A DNA stretch of 64,000 nucleotides from Lama guanicoe (lineage: Eukaryota), in contig MU054187.1 in the NCBI GenBank assembly GCA_013239625.1, positions 22,137,280-22,201,279 on the forward strand. Reading direction: 5' to 3'. Below the pieces are notes generated by a model that saw only the letters and a program-made list of their open reading frames with translations, was not told the origin of the DNA and searched no databases. The stretch's first letter is position 1. Each line of letters opens with the position of its first letter. Shown here piece by piece: positions 12,836 to 26,288 of the stretch. Both the position numbers and the translations under genes were made by a program.

Positions 12836-13267
12836 CTTTGAGAGCTTTACATATAGTTTTATTAGGGGAGTAAAAAACTGGCTTGAAGTTAAATATTTCT
12901 CATTTGTAATTATTGACTAAAATATAGAACTCCTAGAAAACTAGAGCCCAGAACACTATTCTCCCTGGGGTACATTGATGAAATCGTAGAAGGTACAGTT
13001 GGAGAGTCATTAGAAGGTTACTTTGGTTAATAGTTAAACTGGGAAGCAAATCTATTTAAATTCAGATCCTCACTCTAAGATGTCTTAATTGGGTAGCCTT
13101 GTTATTTAATTTCTCAGTGTCTCAGTTGCCTCATCTATACAGTAGGAGTCGTATTAATTATACTCTAGGGTAGTTTCAAGCCTCTGACACATAGTGTACA
13201 TTAAGTCCCTATCAGCTGGCATTAGAATTACTGTTAGCTCCTTTATTACTATTATTACTTACTGTTC

Positions 13268-13617
13268 TGTCTGGATTAGTTAGAAGAGCTTAGGTTATAT
13301 TGTGCTAATACACAGTCCCAAAATTTCAGTGCTTAAAACAACAAAGCTTATGCCAATGACCAAACCGAAAGCGGATGCAAACAAAGGGAGGTTCATCCTT
13401 ACACATGATTTTGTTGTTACTACGGTAGCAGAAGAATCCTCTGGAGTGTTGCCACTGGCAATTAAATGTTTAGCTACAGAACTGGTGCGCAGTCCCTTGG
13501 CGGGAACCAATCACATGACCCCACTCAGATGCAAGGGAGCGGGGCATGTAATCCTCCTACAGACCTACGTGTGTAAGGGCATCAGATGTTGGTGAATACT
13601 AGGACAGTCTGCTACAT
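13268..13617 (-). mobile_element. MaLR LTR (MLT1J/K-like)
   Basis: cccaaaatttcagtgcttaaaacaacaaag, aatcacatgaccccactcagatgcaaggg, ends gctaca. Confidence 0.7.
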
Positions 13618-14959
13618 TTTTAACTGCTTTTTTCAAGAGCTTCTCCTGTTTATACTGACACAGGAAAAACAGAATCTTTTGAGGAAAGGAGAAGAGGATT
13701 ATTTTCTCCTCAAAACTGGAGGATAAGATTTCTTAGGCAAAGAAGGCAGAAATGTACAAAAAAAAAGAGCATTTCTTCATTTATTTTCACATTACTTAAA
13801 GAAAGGAAAGCATAAATGCAGTTGAGCTCTAGATTCTTATGATGGATATAAAAAATTGAAAAAAAATTACTTAAAGACCACTTTGAATAAAATGGGAATA
13901 ATTACTAAAAATCTATTCAAGAAATATTTCTTACCTAGTTATCACAGAAAATATAAGTTTTATATTAATTCCCATTTTATATTACCAAAACAAAATTGTT
14001 CGCTTCAAGATTAAACTTTGTCACAGATGAATCAGATTCTTCTCCATTATCTAAAAACTATTTAGGAAATTAACACTTTAATAAACATTGTCATCCTGGT
14101 AGCCTGTGATATTTACTTTGCTTCCCAGAAATAGGTCATCTATCACTGGAGTCTGACTAATATCACATGACTATAAAGGCAACAGTTTGCAAAATGAGAA
14201 AAATCTAAATACATAATGTTGACATATGCAGATTATGTATCTTCTGTGAGCTTAGTCCTCATTACCAATGCATACAATATTGAAAAGCTTTTACTAAATT
14301 CACCTCTGAATTATATATCCAAATGAACCTCTGTGTGAAAAAGAATGATTTGGAAAACTTCAATTCAAACCTCTACAAGATTCTTCTTTTTTTCCTTTTA
14401 ACAGAGTGAACTCCAAACATTCTTTTTGATTTTTGCCTTTCTTCCTATCACTGTCTTCCAAATCACTTGCAAAACTGACATGGGGAAAAAAATCTGAAGC
14501 AGTCTCTGTTGGAAATCGTTAAATTCCCTCCTTTTCATTCCCCGTTAACTCGTGATTATTGATACATGTTTAAAAGTCTCAATTGTGGGTTTCTCACTCT
14601 GCCCACGCTTCTCTTCAACACTGAAGTCATTCAGCAGAGGGTGGCAATCGTCCCTGGCTGACAGATGGAACATACTCCTTTTTCTTGTTCAGTAATCACA
14701 ACATTGCCAGATATTCAAGAAACCACTTTAGAAGCTATGATTTTTGAAAATAACTTTTATACATACTTTTTAAAATCACACATAAAAGGAGTCTTGTCCT
14801 CCAGAATAACTGCCACCCAGAGCTAGCAGTCCTCCATCACAACCTGAAGTCTCCCACCCCTTTCCTGTCTGGTAGGAAGGACAACTGAAATGACCATTGG
14901 TGTCCATCATAGTGATGGCTTTACTGGTTGTCCTACCTCTCCTGACCCACCCCAGATAT

Positions 14960-15120
14960 TCTGGGTCACTAGATCTTCAGTTCGAAAGTCTATTTACCTC
15001 TTGAAATTAGATGCAAAATCTTCTGTAAGTTTGCACACTGTTTTCCTGCAGTGAGGGCTTGCACTTCTCATCAGCTGCTCAAAATGGATTCATGACCCTC
15101 CAAATTTTTAAGAGCCACTG
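14960..15120. mobile_element. Probable hAT-Charlie MITE remnant
   Basis: Ends in ...catgaccctccaaatttttaagagccactg, like a Charlie-family TIR (CAGTGG). Confidence 0.4.
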
Positions 15121-15689
15121 AGTTGGCTGGATGTCCATTACAGAGCATACTGCCTTCTAGTGCTCAGGATATGTCTCTATGGGCAGTAGAAGGCCAGTCC
15201 CCGGCCTGAGATGAGAACCATTCCGGCAGGGGCGTGTGGCATGCAGGCTACAGGTCCACGACTACAGAAACTAACTGGAAAGCTCAGCATAAGCTATAGG
15301 ATGTCCTAGGGAGTCAGAGGAGTGGGGAGAAACAACCCGGAGCTGGATGTGGCAGCTCTGGCAGGAAGGCAGCACTGGGCAGTCTACTCACCACTGACAG
15401 CAGAGCCCAGGCCCTGGACACTGAGCCTCATGGAGCAGTGACAGGAAGGAGACGGGGGCTCAGGACTGGTCAGAGGAGGACAGTGGATTTTTACCAAAAA
15501 ACAAAACAGAAAAAAGTGGTCTTACACACACAGAAATTGAAATGAGGTTCTAGTCATCAGAAGTAAAACACAAGATGGAAGTTATTACTGGGAACAAAGA
15601 GTCGCTGAGATAGCTTAGCTGACCAGTAAAAATCGTTGCCTTCCTCCAGAGTTTTGTGTTGTATACTTAGTACAAACAAATGTGCCATG

Positions 15690-15768
15690 GTATATATGTA
15701 TGTATATATATATGTGTGTGTATATATGTACTATATATGTGTATGTGTGTGTGTGTGTGTGTGTGTGT
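15690..15768. repeat. Compound (TA)/(TG) microsatellite
   Basis: Read directly from the sequence. Confidence 0.9.
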
Positions 15769-16145
15769 ATTTGAAATGTATCAAGTGTTTACTGAAATCC
15801 TATCAGAGACCAGGCGCTATGCTCAATTCAAGAGGCACAAAAGTGAAAAAGAAATGATTTTTGCACTCAGTGTGCTCAAACCCTATTAGGGCAAAGACAA
15901 TTCCGGCCAAAGACTGTAATTGACAAGTTGTGTTTGAAGTGCACAGGGTGCCGAGGGAATTGAGGGAAAGGGGGGCCTCTGTCTCCCTGGGTCTCAGGAG
16001 CAAACTCTCCTGAGGGTGGGGCTTGTGTGCCAGGCCGCCCGTCTCTCCCCACCGGGGCGATGCTGGGCCCAGCAAGTGCCCTGGGTCTGTGTGGAGAAGA
16101 GGCCCGCAGTGGGGGACCGGGCGGGCACTGATGAAGCCCTGCGAC

Positions 16146-16372
16146 TTAGTCAGTCTGGGCTGCTGTTACAGAAAACCCTAGAAAAGATGGTTTCTAAACA
16201 ACAGAAATTTATTTCTCAAAGTTCCAGAGGCTGAGAAGTCCATGACCAAGGCACTGGCACAGTTGGCTGGCGGCGACTCTGGTTTTTAGACAGCTGGCTT
16301 CTCGCTATGTCCTGCTGTGGTGGAAGCGGTGGGAGCATTCTCTGGGGCCTCTTTTGTAAGAGTGCTAAGCCC
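16146..16372 (-). mobile_element. MaLR LTR fragment (MLT1A/B-like)
   Basis: acaacagaaatttatttctcaaagttccagaggctgagaagtcc. Confidence 0.8.
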
Positions 16373-17060
16373 GTAACACGTACTGGCATGGATGCGGAGA
16401 AATTGAAACTCCTGCGCATTGCTGGTGGGAACATAAAATGGTGCAGCCACTGTGGGGAAAACAGTATGGTGGTTCTTCAAAAAAAAAAATAATAATAACC
16501 GTAGAATTACCATTTGATCCAGCAATTCCACTTCTGGGTATAAACACCAAAGAACTGAAATCAGGGACTGAAACAGATATTTGCATAAGGATGTTCTCAG
16601 GAGTATTATTCACAATAGCCAAAAAGTGAAATGTCCATCTAAGGATAAGTGGACAAACACAGTGGGAATATACATGCAATAGTATATTATTCAGCCTTAA
16701 AAAGAAATGAAATCCTGATATAAGCCACAACAAGGATGGATCTTGAAGATATGCTGAGTAAGATAAGATCAGACACAAAAAGACAAATAATTATGTGATT
16801 CTGCTTATATGAGATCCTCAGAGCAGTCAAATTCACAGAGACAAAAGCAGAATAGTGGTTTCTAGAGGCCGGGGGAGGAAAGAATGGGAGTTAGCGTTTA
16901 GTTGGTACAGAGTTTCAGTACAGGATGATGAAAAGTTCTGGAGATGGAGGTGATGACTGCACAACCATGTGAATGGACTTAATGCCACTGAACAGCACCC
17001 TTAAGACTGGTTAAAATGATGAATTTTTATATTATGTATATTTTACCACTACAAAAATAG
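16373..17060 (+). mobile_element. L1 3' end (L1MB-like)
   Basis: ORF2 end ([16 protein letters not shown] 16438-16629) and 3'UTR gatgaaaagttctggagatgg...aatgccactgaac. Confidence 0.9.
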
Positions 17061-17383
17061 TTTTTAAAATAGAAGTCTGAAAAGCAATTTCCAGCTTCTC
17101 CAAAAACTGCAGTATGACTTTATTACACAGGTTGCTAAATATATAATTAATGATGCTATGAAAACTGAGACAAGTATGACTTCCAAGCTTGCTCTGTAAA
17201 AGTTACTGAGTCTCCTCTCAGTTTCCTTTGGGAAAAGTACTGAATGTATCAGCCCATAACTAGATACTCGCCAGGAATTATCTGTAATATTCCACACAGT
17301 ATCATGCCCATTACCTAACATTGCAATTGGCGTAAGTCTACACATTTTACATTGGTTAGATGCATATTCCTTGAGGATGTTTA

Positions 17384-17568
17384 TTTTTTTTTTTAATTGA
17401 GGTATAGTCTGTTACAATGTGTTAATTTCTGGTGTACAGTGTAATGTTTCAGTCAAGCATATAATTGTTTTCATATCCTTTTTCACTACAGGTTACTACA
17501 AGATATTGAATACAGTTCCCTGTGCTATACAGAAGAAATTTTTTAATCTATTTTATATATAGTAGTTA
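17384..17568 (-). mobile_element. L1 3'UTR fragment
   Basis: Poly-T, then aattgaggtatag...aagatattgaatacagttccctgtgctatacag. Confidence 0.88.
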
Positions 17569-18516
17569 TTTATTATTTCAATGATTCTCCTTATCTCTTT
17601 CCATTTTCCACATGGAGATAGGATACAAATATCTGGTTGAGGCAAGTAGTTTCAAAGTCTCATAGTAATTTATCTCAAATTCATCAAAAGGGTATAAGAA
17701 GGAGAAGTAACATTTTGATAAATACACAAAAACCTATCTAAATGTACATATGAATATATATTACATCATATATATGACAGAGACGAATGGCCTGATGGAG
17801 AGAGAGGGGAGAAGGTATTTAATCTTCAATATGCAATGTACCTGCTAAGTTTGAGGCCATACTTCCTACTTGATTTTCTCTTATTTTTTAATATCATTGC
17901 CACAAGAAGAGTGTGACATACAGCCTTTGGGTAAAACTAGGGAGCCAGGATCTAGTATTTGTATTTCATGATTCTGGACCACTTCCTCTAGGAATCAAAG
18001 TCCAGAACCCACAGGGGCCAGGATCAGGCAGGTCAATATCTGAAGGATCATTAGCTGGCCCTTTGGCTTCTGGATAAGATTATTAGAGTAAATAATTATG
18101 GAAAACAGAATAAATTCTGTCCCCAATACTAAGCAAACACTTTAAATGATTGATTTATGTTTTGAATAGATGTTAAAAGGTCTTAAAACATTTATTTATT
18201 TTGATGGTTGATTTGTTCAGTTTTTTTTTTAAGGGTCTTAAAACACTTAAACACTAGTTTGGAAATCAGAAAACTTGTATTTTTGTCCTCACTTTCCCAT
18301 GTAACATCCAAGCAAATTCAGGCACGTTCTCTAACACATCTCAGTGACGCTTTCCTCATATGCAGTCGGGGGTTAATCATAATCACTCTGCCTCTCTCTG
18401 GAGTGGATGGGTGGAATAAATCAGGTCTAAGCACTCTGAAAATTATAAAATGCTTCTACCAGTGTAAAGATTATTATCACTCTGCCGTTTCCATGGATAA
18501 TGAATCATCCCCCCCC

Positions 18517-18600
18517 AAAAAAAAGAAGAGAAGAAAGAGCAAAAGAAAGAAAGAAAAGAAAAGAAAAAAGAGAATAGAAGAAAAGAAAAGGGAAAAAAAG
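18517..18600. repeat. Purine-rich (AAAAG)n-like low-complexity tract
   Basis: Read directly from the sequence. Confidence 0.85.
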
Positions 18601-18658
18601 CTAAACTACATTTTCCAGCAAATATTGAAGTGGAAACAATTTTATTTGGGGGCAAAAC

Positions 18659-18703
18659 AAGAAATTTGAGATTACTCTTAAGAAATTTGAGATTACTCTT
18701 AAG
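18659..18703. repeat. Perfect 21-bp tandem duplication
   Basis: aagaaatttgagattactctt x2, plus aag. Confidence 0.95.
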
Positions 18704-19499
18704 GGTAAAATAAGGAAAGCAGTCGCAGCTGTTGTAAATTATATGTATGAATTGAAGAAACAATCTAAGCTCATAGAGTCTGCCAAAAGTTCTGCCCTTG
18801 CAATCCTTTCTCCCTCCCATACCTGGGTTCCCACCTACAGATCTAGTACCGTCTGAGGCTCTGTGCTGGCTACTGACCTTAGGCAGGTGGATTCAGCCCT
18901 TTCATGGAACTTTAGTTAACTGCTGAGGGATTCAGCAGCAAGTCAGCATCTCCACTAACTGAGACCTGACCTCATGGGTCTTTTCTAACAGCTGGGTTTA
19001 GTCCTGAATTTTGACCCTACTTTGTAGACCTGTTTTATCCCTAAATCCTTGTACTTTCCCTGCATTTGAGCCTCTTCTTGACCATCCCGTCCTCAGTGCC
19101 TCTTTCTTGGCATCCGTTGTCTCTCAGGAAGTGGCATCTTCTCCCTAAAGCCCAGCTTCTGACTGGGGGCAGCCTTCCTGGACGTGAGCACACTGCCTCC
19201 TGGAAGACTTCTGGTTGTCACCCCGTCTGCCTGTCAGGGCTCTCCTGGCCTCAAAATTCCCTGACAGTCCTCCCTGGAGATGCCTGCTGCATGGGCTGCC
19301 CCTCTTACCTATTGAATGTTCTCCATTTCTGAAATTCTGCTTGCTTAGACAAAACTTTTCTTAGCAGCTACAGTTGATTTACCTCTAAGTGTCTATCTAA
19401 CTCCAGAGATTGTCACCTCACACTTTCTTCGTTTGCCATCTGCTTCTTCAGGAACAAGTCCTTGCTGAGTCCTGTTTCCAGCTTTGAGCACAAAAGGCT

Positions 19500-19960
19500 T
19501 GCATCAGCTGCCTATTGGTGCTTACAAGTTGTCTCCCCAAGTTTAACACCTCAGCCCAACCTTTGTCATCTCATGTGTTTTCTGAGAGTCAGGGATCTGG
19601 GAGCAGCTTACTGGGGTTGAGGGGTGGGGGTGCTTCTGACTCAGGGTCTCTCCATGAGGTTGCATCAAGATTTGGCCATGAGTGCCATCACCTGAAGGGG
19701 CAGGGGCACCCGCTCCCCAGATGGCCCCTCTCCCCGTAGACCTCTCCGTGGAGCTGCTTGGGACCCTTCACATCATGGCAGCTAGCTTCCATCAGAGTGA
19801 CAATCCAAAAGAGAGAGCCAGGGAGACACCCATTTCCTTTTACGACCTAACTTTGGAAGCCACACACCAACATTCTAATGGTCGCACAGAGAGATTTTGA
19901 TGCAGTGTAAGAGGGAAATATACCAGGTGGGGATTACTAGGGGCCACCCCGAGGACTACC
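19500..19960 (-). mobile_element. MaLR LTR (MLT1F-like)
   Basis: tcagggatctgggagcagctta, ctcagggtctctccatgaggttgca, catggcagctagcttcc. Confidence 0.75.
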
Positions 19961-21019
19961 TGAAACAAAAGTTCTGTAAAAAACAAACAACAACAAAATA
20001 CCCCCAAACAAAACACCAATGAGGATTTCTCTTTAATCTGTCCCTGACTCCTTTATATCTGACTACTCTGCTGGAGTTCCACATCCAATCCAGCATATAA
20101 GCAAACCAAGAACAGTGGCACTTAGACAATGCCCAGTAAGCTCCAGAGCATTGATCCTCCACTTGCTTGCTCTTTGCTCACAGATCCCAGACTATCTCAA
20201 AGACAGTCTTGGATAGGAAACTTCTGGCTCCATTCCCAGGCCTGAAGAAATCTCCAGTTTCTCATTGTTAATCAGCTCCAGAAAGGTACAAGAAAAATAG
20301 AGGGAAAAGAGGTCATGGAAGGACAGGGAATACTTGGCTACTTGTGGACTCGTCAGCATACCTGATTACGTTGAGTTCAGTGTGTGATGCTAAGATAGAC
20401 ATCTTCCCCCTTCACTATCAAATGATTCTCAGTGGCTATTAGTTTTCCTGAAATTTTATTTAAGAATTCCATATGTCCCAGAAAAGAATCTCAGTACAAT
20501 GTTTGTAGTAATAATATTTAACAAATTAACAACAGTGGAAAAGACGATCTTCTTGATTTGATTATGAATTATGCTTAAAAATATATCTCATCTGGTCAAG
20601 AAATGATCATTTAGCTGACCTTCTGCATACTATACTCCCATCCTTCCTCCCTCACACTTTTTTCTTCTTGAATTGAGAATAAGAAAAGACTTAGAAATCA
20701 TATTTTCCTGAAAGATTTTTACTAGAAAACTAGGGCACAAAGAGATGATGGAAAATACTCATTTCTTTTGATCTTTTTTTGACAGTTTTCAGATTGTGGT
20801 CCCCTACCTCTTTGCCCTGCAAATTCTCTTTCCGACACTAAATATCTAAAAGTGCATCTCTCAATTTAACCTGGAGTCAGGCCTTGGGCTATGGAGGACT
20901 GTGGAGGGATCACATTGGGAGAAAGCTTGGACTTCCGTAAGTACGTGTCTCTCTGTTCCTCAGAGACAGAAGCTTAAATGCCAAAACATGTTCTTTCCAG
21001 TAACTCAAGCAGATTCTGC

Positions 21020-21870
21020 AGGTTATCTCCTCTCCTGGTTCTTTTTCTGTGACTGGTGTTAGTTTTCCTCCTACATTTAAACTTTCAAAGTTGGTGTTTT
21101 TCACGCTTGGTTCCGGGCTCGGAGGTCTTCCTCCTATCAGTCTCTTCCTACGTTATCTCATTCTTTCCTGTGGTTGTCAGTTCCTTCTAGCTTTGTATTT
21201 CCAGGTTAGCTACCTCTCTGAGTTTCAGTCTCATAAGTGCAACTGCCAACTGGTATCATCATTGGCATGTCCCACAGTTTTCCCCAACTTCACGTGTCCA
21301 AACCCATTCTTGATCCTGTGCCCTCTTCCCCAACATTTGCTTGTCTCTCAGTCTTCACATCCCACTGCATACACCAAAAACCCTAGAAATGATCCTTGAA
21401 TCCCTTCTTTCTCTCACACTCCCTACATCCAACACATCACACAAGTCTGGTCATTTCTGCCCCTAAAATAGATGTCATCTCTATTCTCCATTCCATTGCT
21501 CATGGCCGCAGTCCAAATGCCATCGTTTCTCTCCTGGTTTCCTCCAATAGTCTCCTCACTGCTCTTGAACATCTCCTTTGTCCTTATAAATCATTTCCTC
21601 CCACAGCACCCAGACTAATCAGTTAAAAGTTTTAGTTAACTCTATCTCATGATTTTCCATCACACATGGAAACACATCTAAATTTCTAATCATGGCCTAT
21701 AATGCCTGAAGGAAACGTACATAGTTATACCTTTTTATTCCTTCTCCTCCTGGCTTTTCAGTCACAATGGCCTCTTTTCCCTTCCTGAAACACCATAACA
21801 CAAGAGGCTCTTTCTCCTCTCAGAGCTCTCAGATTTGTTTCCTCTGCTTTGAATGTTGTCCCACTCCCAT
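21020..21870 (+). mobile_element. LINE-2 fragment
   Basis: Pyrimidine-rich L2-like sequence (ccaactgg...catgtccc, gatccttgaatcccttctttctctcac). Confidence 0.65.
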
Positions 21871-22000
21871 CTGGAAGCCTCAAATGAAGGACATGATGGC
21901 AGTTAACACCCAACAGTCACTCAGGTTAGGATTTACAACTGACCACCTGGAGGAACCGGGGGACCCCTTCCTCTCTCACATAGCTGAGATCATAAAGTTA

Positions 22001-22076
22001 TAGCAGAATTCTTTACAACAGCCAAGAAGTGGAAGCAACCTAAATGCCCATTAGCAGGGGACTGGATAAAGAAGAT

Positions 22077-22127
<51 letters not shown>

Positions 22128-22159
22128 GTAGATAGATATATATATAGATAGATAGATAG

Positions 22160-22196
<37 letters not shown>

Positions 22197-22687
22197 GGAA
22201 TACTACTCAGCCATCAAAAAGAATAAAATAATGCCATTTGCAGCAACGTGGATGGACCTGGAGATTGTTATACTAAGTGAAGTAGGCCTGGAAGAGAAAG
22301 ACAAATACCATATGATATAACTTATATGTGGAATCTAAAAAAAATGAGACAAATGAACTTATTTTCAAAACAGAAACAGACTCACAGACATAGGAAACAA
22401 ACTTGTGGTTAACAATGGGTAAAGAGGGGGTAGAGGGATAAATTGGGAGTTTGGGATTTGCAGATACTGCTATAAACAGTAAGATAAATCAGATAAACAG
22501 CAAGGTCCTACTGTACAGCACATGGAACTATATTCAATATTTTGTAACATCCTATAATGAAAAATAATATATATAACTGAATCACTATGCTGTTAACACT
22601 ACATTTTAAACTGACTATACATTAATAAAAAAAACTTTAAAAATTTTTAAATAGAAATTCTATACATTACAGTTCAAAATAATAAAG
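22001..22687 (+). mobile_element. L1 3' end with internal compound microsatellite
   Basis: ORF2 end plus 3'UTR. TSD cataaagtta at 21991-22000 and 22688-22697. Confidence 0.9.
22074..22193. repeat. (GATA)n-(TA)n-(GATA)n-(CA)n compound microsatellite
   Basis: Read directly from the sequence. Confidence 0.95.
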
Positions 22688-22829
22688 CATAAAGTTAGCA
22701 CCCTTGCTAGGCAATTTGTTGATGTAATTACTTCATTAAATGTTACTGAATCACATATTCCTCTTCTCTTTTCCCCAGCATTTCTGGGGTTAACTGATAT
22801 AAAGAAGAACTAACACTTTTCTGAACTGA

Positions 22830-23375
22830 TGTGAACTGATGCATAGTGAGTAGTTAAGAGACTGGGTGGAGGTGTGAATAAGAAGGAGGCTGGCAATCAG
22901 ATTAACCAGGGTTGGGAGGTGCTAAGAACTCAATAAACAAGAGAAAGACAAAGGGTTTGAATGAACATCCTAGGGACTGACTGAAATGGTTTATTCTGGA
23001 ATTAAGTAAAGAGGGTGAAGGACCTTGGATTCTAGTGAGTCAATGGACAGTTGAATGAGGGGCACTGAATGAAGCCAGCTGGAAAGAAAGGAAGTGATGG
23101 CAGAGAGAAGGATGGTTAGAACTGAGATTATAATGTGAGTGAGTGTCTAAAGGAGAGTAAAGGGCATGATAACTGATAGCTGGAAGGAAGAAGTCAAAGA
23201 ACCAGGAGGCTAAGGTCCTGGAAGGATCATCAGTGTGGCAACTGAGACCACAGTGATCATCGCGATAGGGGTCAGGTAGGGCAGAACAACCTGAAATGTT
23301 GAGGTTGAGGAGAAGTGGCCTCAGTGGGCTGGCAGGTCACTGCAGCAGGAAGAGGCCTTGGGTCAACTTTCAACC
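22830..23375 (-). mobile_element. LINE-2 fragment
   Basis: Purine-rich antisense-L2-like sequence (ggaaggatcatcagtgtggcaactgagacc). Confidence 0.5.
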
Positions 23376-23402
23376 ACGGACTCGTATTAAGAATAGATGT
23401 TT

Positions 23403-23556
23403 GGGGGTAGGATATAGCTCAGTGGTAGAGTGTGTGCTTAGCGTGCATGATGTCCTGGGTTTGGGTTCGATCCCCAGTACCTCTCTTAAAATAAGTAAAT
23501 ATATAAACTTAATTACCTCCCCCTACAAAAGATAAAGAAACAAATAAAAATAAATA
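23403..23556 (+). mobile_element. Vic-1-type SINE
   Basis: tatagctcagtggtagagtgtgtgcttagc...ggttcgatccccagtacctc. TSD aagaat(ag/ca)atgttt at 23389-23402 and 23557-23570. Confidence 0.93.
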
Positions 23557-24046
23557 AAGAATCAATGTTTACATTGAGCTTTACTCTCTAGAACACATTT
23601 GAATACATATCACTTCTTTTAGTAGTTTTATAAACTCTGTGAAGTAGGACTTTGTGGGGAAGGAGAACTAACCTGTGTTCATTCTGTTCTCCTGGCCAAG
23701 AACTGTGCTACATTTTTCACGTCTTCTGTCCTTTATTCCCAAACCTACTCATCTGTTTGGCAATGTTTTTTTTTCTTTCAGGAACATTCTTGGAATGAAT
23801 AGCCTCCCTTACTGATTAATCACACTAATGAGTACTGTCCTTTCTTGAAGAGTTCTTGATGGACATTCTCAAGTTTTTCAGATTGGTGGGAGAGTATTTA
23901 AAACAGTGTTGAGGAGATGGGGAAACTGAACAGAAGAGGTCAGGTGGGCTAGACCAAAGGGAAGTGATAGAATGAGAATGTTATGTTGCCTTGGCTATCT
24001 GAGAACAATTTAAGAGAGAAGGTAAGCAAAGCTGGATAAGAATCGA

Positions 24047-24495
24047 TATTCTTTTTTATGGCTGAGTAGTATTTCATTGTATAAATATACCACAAATTTA
24101 TCCAGTCATCTGTTGATGAAATTTTAGGTTGTTTCTATGTCTTGGCTATCTAAAAAAAAAAAAAGGAGAAAAGAGGACACTAATGAACTCATCTACAAAA
24201 CAGAAGCAGACTCACAGACATAGTAAACAATCTTATGGTTACCGGGGAAAGGGAATGGGATGGGATAAATTTGGGAGTTTGAGATTTGCAAATGTTAGAC
24301 ACTATACATAAAAACAGATTTTTAAAAAAGCCCCAGATTTCTTCTGTACAGCGCAGGGACCTATATTCAATATCTTGTAATAACCTATAATGAGAAAGAA
24401 TATGAAAATGAATATATTATGTATATGCATGACTGGGCATTGTGCTGTGCACCAGATTGTAGCTGACTAAAGGTCAATAAAAAAAAGAAAGAAAG
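24047..24495 (+). mobile_element. Short L1 with 5' inversion (minus 24047-24148, plus 24149-24495)
   Basis: Antisense ORF2-end segment (tttatggctgagtagtat...gtcttggcta) joined to a sense 3'UTR and A-tail. Confidence 0.88.
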
Positions 24496-25229
24496 AAAGG
24501 GTTGATAATCCAGGTGTTTGGACGATCGGGAGTCCTGAATCCCCCGGAACCCTCCCTCCCCCTCTAAACAGAACTGATCCACCTTCAGGAGAGGATTCGC
24601 CCTTAGGAAGCACTAATTTTACACAAACGCTGAGCCAGACGCTTGAACGGTGTCTCTCCAGGCGATGCTGAAACACAGCTACAAGGGGTGTTTTTTAGGA
24701 AAGTGTATCCTCATCCCATCTTTCCCTTGCCTTTCTTTAAAGCCTGAAAATCCTCCACCTGTGTGGGTAGCAATCATGTTTCCTTCCTGAGAGAAGGCAG
24801 ACACCAGATATTGTTGAGTCTGGGGGATTTTTGTGAGCTTCACTTCACACAAGATGTACTTCCTTGTCGCTAAAGGGAAAACCCACACATTGGGCACGTG
24901 AACTCAGACAGTAATGCGGGATCAGAGCTCACACTTTGCGTTGGGTGGAGCAAGCACAGGGCTTCCTGGGGGATAAAGACCCCTCCCTCGCTCAAGGCTG
25001 TGGGATGTCTGAGAGGAAAGAACAGAAACTTTGGGTTAAACTTCTGGTCTTGGCATTGGCTAGCTCTTTGACCTTAGACAGCTAACTCCATCTCTTTGTA
25101 CTGTAATCCTCCCAGCCCTAAAATGAAGATGTTAGTAATAACATCTGACTTAACTGAGTTGTTATTAGACATAATGAGTTAACATATATTTTGGACTGAC
25201 ACATAGTGGATACTCAATAAATAAAACTA

Positions 25230-25432
25230 TTAGATAAACTAGTTTCTTCTGTATAGCACAGGGACCTATATTCAATATCTTGTAGTAACATACAATGAAA
25301 AAGAATATGAAGACAGATAAATGTATGTATATGTGACTGAAACATGCTGTGTAACAGAAATTGATGCAACATTGTAAACTGACTATACTACCATCAAAAA
25401 TTAAGAAATAAATAACCCCCCCCCCAAATAAA
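25230..25432 (+). mobile_element. L1 3'UTR fragment inserted at the end of a MIR (about 25030-25220)
   Basis: ttcttctgtatagcacagggacctatattcaatatc. TSD aataaata(a/c)aacta at 25216-25229 and 25433-25446. Confidence 0.85.
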
Positions 25433-26107
25433 AATAAATACAACTACTTTCTTAAGATCTGAAGCACCAGCGAAAGCACATGTCATCTGAATGGTGTATG
25501 TTTATGGGATAATTGAGGATTCATTATCTTATTAAATAAATTCTCCATACTAGCCCCGTCAAATACTATTTTTAAATTACTTTGTATGCGTTAATGTTTT
25601 CTTTCTTTCTTTTTTTTCTTTTTTAAACAGAGAAGACAAGGATTTTCTTACTTCTTTTGCTGAACCTCTGGTATCCAAGAAGTCTTTTGTGGCCTGCAAA
25701 CAGCTCACCCTCAAAGCTAAGCAAGAGTTGGGGGAAAAGGCAACAGTTCCTCCCTCTGGTTCAGTCAGGGCAGCCTGGGCTGGACCGGACAGAAAGAAGC
25801 CCAGCAGGGCCGGAGGCCTGGGCTGCTGAATCAGGCCAGAACGGTCAGAAGAAGGGCGAAGTGTACGCTCCACAGCTACAATCTGTCCCCAGATGCAGGG
25901 GACAAGACGCAGCTTCAGCCTGCATGATCTTTCTTTCTCTGAATGCAAACGTCCTCTGGTTTACAGTCAAGTTCCTTGAATGAATGGGAGAGAATAAAAT
26001 GGAAATCAGGAAAGTTTAGGTTAGGTATTTGTTTTCTAAAAGTATTTTTCAAAAACACTTTTTATCTCTTTGTCTATCTCCAAGGGCCCTTGCTCATTTG
26101 GCGCATG

Positions 26108-26288
26108 TTTGTTTGTTTTTTTTAAGTATTTTTTTTATTTAATTTTTTTTAATTTTTTCTTTTTGGTGGGGGAAGTAATTAGGTTTATTCATTTATTTAT
26201 GTGCTTACTCAATGGAGGTACTGGGGATTGAACCCAGGACGTTGTACATGCTAAGCATATACTCCACCACTGAGCTATAACCTCCCCC
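26108..26288 (-). mobile_element. Vic-1-type SINE
   Basis: tggaggtactggggattgaacccaggac...accactgagctataacctcccc. Confidence 0.92.

Noticed and set aside
18208..18669. 153-aa ORF with a Lys/Arg-rich NLS-like tract
   Set aside because: It is built from a MIR-like remnant and an (AAAAG)n tract, with a non-ATG start.
25657..25983. 108-aa ORF in GC-richer unique sequence
   Set aside because: It has a TTG start, no recognisable domain and no convincing splice context. The length is compatible with chance.
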